In this document: piece by piece, positions 61,072 through 64,000 of the stretch
Layout: each line of letters opens with the position of its first letter
Position numbering within the stretch: position 1 is the stretch's first letter
Origin: a virus
Lineage: Duplodnaviria; Caudoviricetes
Strand: one strand, 5' to 3'
Virus record (IMG/VR): IMGVR_UViG_3300021256_000073
Location: 39,607 to 103,606 of that record
Length of the DNA stretch: 64,000 nucleotides
Notes under the pieces: model-generated
Databases searched by the model: none
The model's input: the letters and a program-made list of their open reading frames with translations, nothing else
Told to the model about the DNA's origin: nothing
Translations under genes and position numbers: made by a program

Positions 61072-61372
61072 AATTATAAACGGAGTGTACCCACTCCCAA
61101 AAACCTAAAGCATCATCTTTAAATACTGGGAAATCATCTCTTTTAACACAGAAATATCTATCAAGCATCTCTGCATTTTTACCTTTAACTACCTCTCTAT
61201 ATTCATTGTATTTTTGAACAAAAGAGTTTAGTATATTTATCTCATCATTAGATAAGGCTCTTGCCATATCTTGTAGGTTGATAACTAGATACTTACAGTC
61301 AATAGACTTAAAGTATTCTACCCACTTCTCACCAAGATCCGTAATCGGTAATATCTTGTCCTGCTCCATCAC
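61046..61372 (-). CDS. Hypothetical protein
   Basis: Intact ORF tiling with neighbours; start uncertain. Confidence 0.6.
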   Translation of the reverse strand: MMEQDKILPITDLGEKWVEYFKSIDCKYLVINLQDMARALSNDEINILNSFVQKYNEYREVVKGKNAEMLDRYFCVKRDDFPVFKDDALGFWEWVHSVYNFAYGKNEQ

Positions 61373-61577
61373 CTCTAATTTCTATACCGACCCCTATATG
61401 TCCAGGTGTAAAACGGTACTGATATAATCTAGCTGGATGTTCTTTCTTGAATTTTTTGGCTTGCTCCATTTCATAATCGTTAAGCCAGAATGTAGTGTTT
61501 TTATGGGGTATAATATAATTATCTCTTATATCTACCCATCTATGATTTTTCCACCATCTTTTAATCGAAGTCCACAT
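61329..61577 (-). CDS. Hypothetical protein
   Basis: Intact ORF ending YRFTPGHIGVGIEI...DITDYGSW. Confidence 0.65.
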   Translation of the reverse strand: MWTSIKRWWKNHRWVDIRDNYIIPHKNTTFWLNDYEMEQAKKFKKEHPARLYQYRFTPGHIGVGIEIRGDGAGQDITDYGSW

Positions 61578-61683
61578 CAGCTATTCCCTCTACGATATCC
61601 CCTAAAATATCTCCTACAATTTCAAACAAAGCTCCAACTTTCGTCAAAGATTTTTTAGTCTTACTCTGTAATTTTCTGAACAT
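61561..61683 (-). CDS. Possible small protein, 40 aa
   Basis: MFRKLQSKTKKSLTKVGALFEIVGDILGDIVEGIADVDFD fills the gap between two genes. Confidence 0.35.
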   Translation of the reverse strand: MFRKLQSKTKKSLTKVGALFEIVGDILGDIVEGIADVDFD

Positions 61684-61897
61684 TTGAAATAAATCGCTCG
61701 TTACGAGAAATACTCTTCTCAATATCGTCAATCTGAGTATTCAGATTGCTGATTTGATGTTTCTTCTCACTAATCTCGGAGTGCATTTCTTCATTAAGTT
61801 TCTGACACTTCTCGACAATCTTAGTGAAAGCCGACATAGACTTAGCAATACGGCGATTATAATCGCCAAAAATCAGTTTAAGAATAAATTTTAGCAT
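61661..61897 (-). CDS. Small coiled-coil protein
   Basis: Heptad pattern ISEKKHQISNLNTQIDDIEKSI. Confidence 0.65.
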   Translation of the reverse strand: MLKFILKLIFGDYNRRIAKSMSAFTKIVEKCQKLNEEMHSEISEKKHQISNLNTQIDDIEKSISRNERFISNVQKITE

Positions 61898-61906
61898 AAA
61901 TTAAAT

Positions 61907-62860
61907 TTAATTATTAATATAACCCTCATTGAGGAACATTTCATGTAGTTTATTTGCAAGATAGCGAGCATCAGGATGAGCTGCTACATCACAACGAAGT
62001 TTGAAGAATCCTTCCCACTGTTCGATAGTACCTGTCATAACAAGCTCTGTCTTAAGTGCATTTGGAAGAATTTGTCTTGCTTGCTGAGGCACTAGTTTAG
62101 TACCATCATCAAGTGTAATCATATCAAGATAGCAATCCTCAATTTTCTGAAGTGTATCAACATATTGAGCAACTGTTCTATCTTCAACTGTTAGCATATT
62201 CATAAGAATATCATCTTTATAATTCAACCACTGCTTTCTAGTCTCTCCTGTTAGAGGGTCTATAGTAGCAGCTACATTCTTTTGAATATCGTGAATCCAC
62301 TGTGGTATTATATAGGTTATCTGACTACCAAACTTAGCCTTATTATAGTTACAATATCTGGTACTTTCCTGTATAAAGCTGAATACTCTATGGCGTACAA
62401 ATTCATGGCTTACTCCTCTGTCACATGTAAATTTTACAGTTATCCTGCGTTTAAATAGATTGTTCTTAAAGTCCTCTTCAGTAGGTTCTATAATACCATC
62501 AAGTAAAGCCTTATATCCATGTTCAATAAGAACTCTATAATTAGTTGTTAAATGTATATAGTCATCTGCCTTTCTAGAGTAACCAAACCATTGATATGGA
62601 CAATCTATAAAGTTAAGATCATGATAATCTATCAAATCTTCCCAAACTTCCTTAGGGATATCTAAATAACAAGTACCATGTTCAAGAGCTGCTCCATGCC
62701 CTCTATTGGTAAGCATATCTACAAACTTCTTCGCAGAATCGTCTGTAATGTGATCTTCTGATTTGTATGCGGTTCTACCACACTTTTCTATGTGTTTATA
62801 TAGTCCATCAAGTCCTGGTTCTTGCTTGATGATTTCAACAGAGGGTTCAATAAATTTCAT
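61907..62860 (-). CDS. thyX: Flavin-dependent thymidylate synthase
   Basis: GHGAALEH, RGVSHEFVRHRVFSFIQESTRY (RHRx7S signature), ARQILP and FFKLR. Confidence 0.93.
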   Translation of the reverse strand: MKFIEPSVEIIKQEPGLDGLYKHIEKCGRTAYKSEDHITDDSAKKFVDMLTNRGHGAALEHGTCYLDIPKEVWEDLIDYHDLNFIDCPYQWFGYSRKADDYIHLTTNYRVLIEHGYKALLDGIIEPTEEDFKNNLFKRRITVKFTCDRGVSHEFVRHRVFSFIQESTRYCNYNKAKFGSQITYIIPQWIHDIQKNVAATIDPLTGETRKQWLNYKDDILMNMLTVEDRTVAQYVDTLQKIEDCYLDMITLDDGTKLVPQQARQILPNALKTELVMTGTIEQWEGFFKLRCDVAAHPDARYLANKLHEMFLNEGYINN

Positions 62861-63204
62861 TCGTAAACAGTTATAGTTTTTTCTACTGGGTGTACTTCTT
62901 GAAGTTCTTTTCCTATTATATCTTCATCATCCCAATAATAAGAGTAATCATATTCAAAGGCATAATAGTGATTATCTAATTTAAATACTATTCTCTTAGT
63001 TACATATGATTTTTCTAAGTCATAACTTATAACCTCACTTTCTACTTCTTCAAGACCATGTTCTTTCTCCCAAGCTTCTGCTTTATCTTCAAGTTCTTGC
63101 CAAGTATCTTCTTCTTTTACTTCAAATGGGTATTCATCAGGATCCATATCCCAATCACAGTCCCATTTAACTAAGCGATCATATAAAAATTGAGTAAGCT
63201 TCAC
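62857..63204 (-). CDS. Acidic hypothetical protein
   Basis: GTG start; ends EVHPVEKTITVYE; coupled to thyX. Confidence 0.65.
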   Translation of the reverse strand: MKLTQFLYDRLVKWDCDWDMDPDEYPFEVKEEDTWQELEDKAEAWEKEHGLEEVESEVISYDLEKSYVTKRIVFKLDNHYYAFEYDYSYYWDDEDIIGKELQEVHPVEKTITVYE

Positions 63205-63205
63205 T

Positions 63206-63280
63206 TTACCATCGATTGTTTGAGAACAACATATCTCCTACGAGTCCCCATATAAATACAATTAGAAGAATCTCTTTCAT
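63206..63280 (-). CDS. Possible 24-aa membrane peptide
   Basis: MKEILLIVFIWGLVGDMLFSNNRW; TAATG-coupled to the upstream ORF. Confidence 0.35.
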   Translation of the reverse strand: MKEILLIVFIWGLVGDMLFSNNRW

Positions 63281-63399
63281 TAGAATGTCTCTATATTATC
63301 TATAGTCCATCCTTCATCTGTAAGTACTTGTAAAAGCTCTGGAGAGATACCTTTCTTTACTCCATCTTCATTACTTATCTGTAAACTAATTCCTTTCAT
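63280..63399 (-). CDS. Small hypothetical protein, 39 aa
   Basis: MKGISLQISNEDGVKKGISPELLQVLTDEGWTIDNIETF; ATGA and TAATG overlaps. Confidence 0.5.
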   Translation of the reverse strand: MKGISLQISNEDGVKKGISPELLQVLTDEGWTIDNIETF

Positions 63400-63614
63400 T
63401 TCTTTTTAATCTCAAATTTAATTTGAATTGGAGCATCTTTCCATTCTAACTCTTTTATAAAGTTAGGAAGATCTTCAAATGGAAAACCCTCCATCAAAAT
63501 GGACTGGGAAGGTTGATCCTTCCACAGCCACATTTTCTTAGTACCTCTAATAGGCTTATCTTTACCCATGTAAAGACTTCCATCATAATCACGTGCTACC
63601 CACATATTTACCAA
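63396..63614 (-). CDS. Hypothetical phage protein
   Basis: MWVARDYDGSLYM...LEWKDAP, a small phage-type protein. Confidence 0.65.
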   Translation of the reverse strand: MVNMWVARDYDGSLYMGKDKPIRGTKKMWLWKDQPSQSILMEGFPFEDLPNFIKELEWKDAPIQIKFEIKKK

Positions 63615-64000
63615 GGATTATTAATTCTTCTAAAGTCTTCACCTTCAGGAACTGGGCAGTCCTTCTTCCATTCCATTGGACGGATTTTAAAGAACTTTTC
63701 TATTTTCTCCCAAGTAATATTAGCTATTTCCATCTTCTTACAAAGTAGCTCCTTAGCTTCTGGAAATAGATTCAACCATAAAGACTTTCCTCTAAAGTCA
63801 AATAAGTCGGGATACATCATATCATACCCAAGTTCTGGTGCAGACAGGACTTTCATTAAAGTAATAAACTCTTGAGCATTAGCATCTGTATGTATTGTAT
63901 AGGTTATACCATCTAAATATGGCATAATTCTATTCCAATAATCAGGCTTACACTCAGAAGTATATAAGAAGATTTTTGGAGAAGTTCCCATGTATTTATG
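63608..64000 (-). CDS. C-terminal part of a protein (5' end outside window), possibly radical-SAM-like
   Basis: Frame is open to the window edge. IFLYTS...LDGITYTIH resembles radical-SAM barrel strands, but the CxxxCxxC motif is not in the window. Confidence 0.4.
   Translation of the reverse strand, partial: HKYMGTSPKIFLYTSECKPDYWNRIMPYLDGITYTIHTDANAQEFITLMKVLSAPELGYDMMYPDLFDFRGKSLWLNLFPEAKELLCKKMEIANITWEKIEKFFKIRPMEWKKDCPVPEGEDFRRINNPW

Noticed and set aside
54033-63875. Plus-strand ORFs such as 54033..54368, 59712..60053 and 63513..63875
   Set aside because: They are antisense to well-supported - strand genes, and 54033..54368 also runs across the terminator.
1-64000. Suppressor tRNA(CUA), other tRNAs, CRISPR array, integrase or transposase
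   Set aside because: Intergenic gaps are short and I saw no cloverleaf, repeat-spacer array or recombinase motif. A suppressor tRNA, if present, lies outside the window.

Overview
This is a 64-kb segment of a crAss-like (Crassvirales) Bacteroidota phage genome with two convergent blocks. The + strand block (1-54100) is the late/virion region and uses a recoded genetic code (TAG = Gln, code 15). The supplied ORF track is therefore fragmented. Reading TAG as sense gives 24 genes that tile the strand, mostly with ATGA/TAATG overlaps or short spacers: tail-fibre-like protein, GH108 endolysin, scaffold-like protein, major capsid protein, ring/tail proteins, two IHF-like proteins, two large muzzle/tail-stabilisation proteins, cargo proteins, a DUF192 protein, and four giant proteins of about 2958, 3332, 839 and 1548 aa. 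These four carry an SF1 helicase, the virion RNA polymerase (GSDYDIDK), a zincin HExxH domain and a degenerate PD-(D/E)XK domain respectively. The - strand block (54147-64000) has no in-frame TAG and ends every gene with TAA/TGA. It encodes dNMP kinase, YqeY, ThyX, a metallophosphoesterase, a SEC-C protein and a complete deamidated NAD+ salvage route (PncA, PncB, NadD, NadE) interleaved with a Nudix hydrolase and an ADP-ribosylglycohydrolase. The most interesting candidates are (1) this NAD+/ADP-ribose module as an anti-defence system, (2) a head-to-tail terminal-cysteine pattern linking the four giant proteins, and (3) a repeated (F/Y/A/K)xxGG motif in the cargo proteins. All translations were done by hand and no database searches were run.
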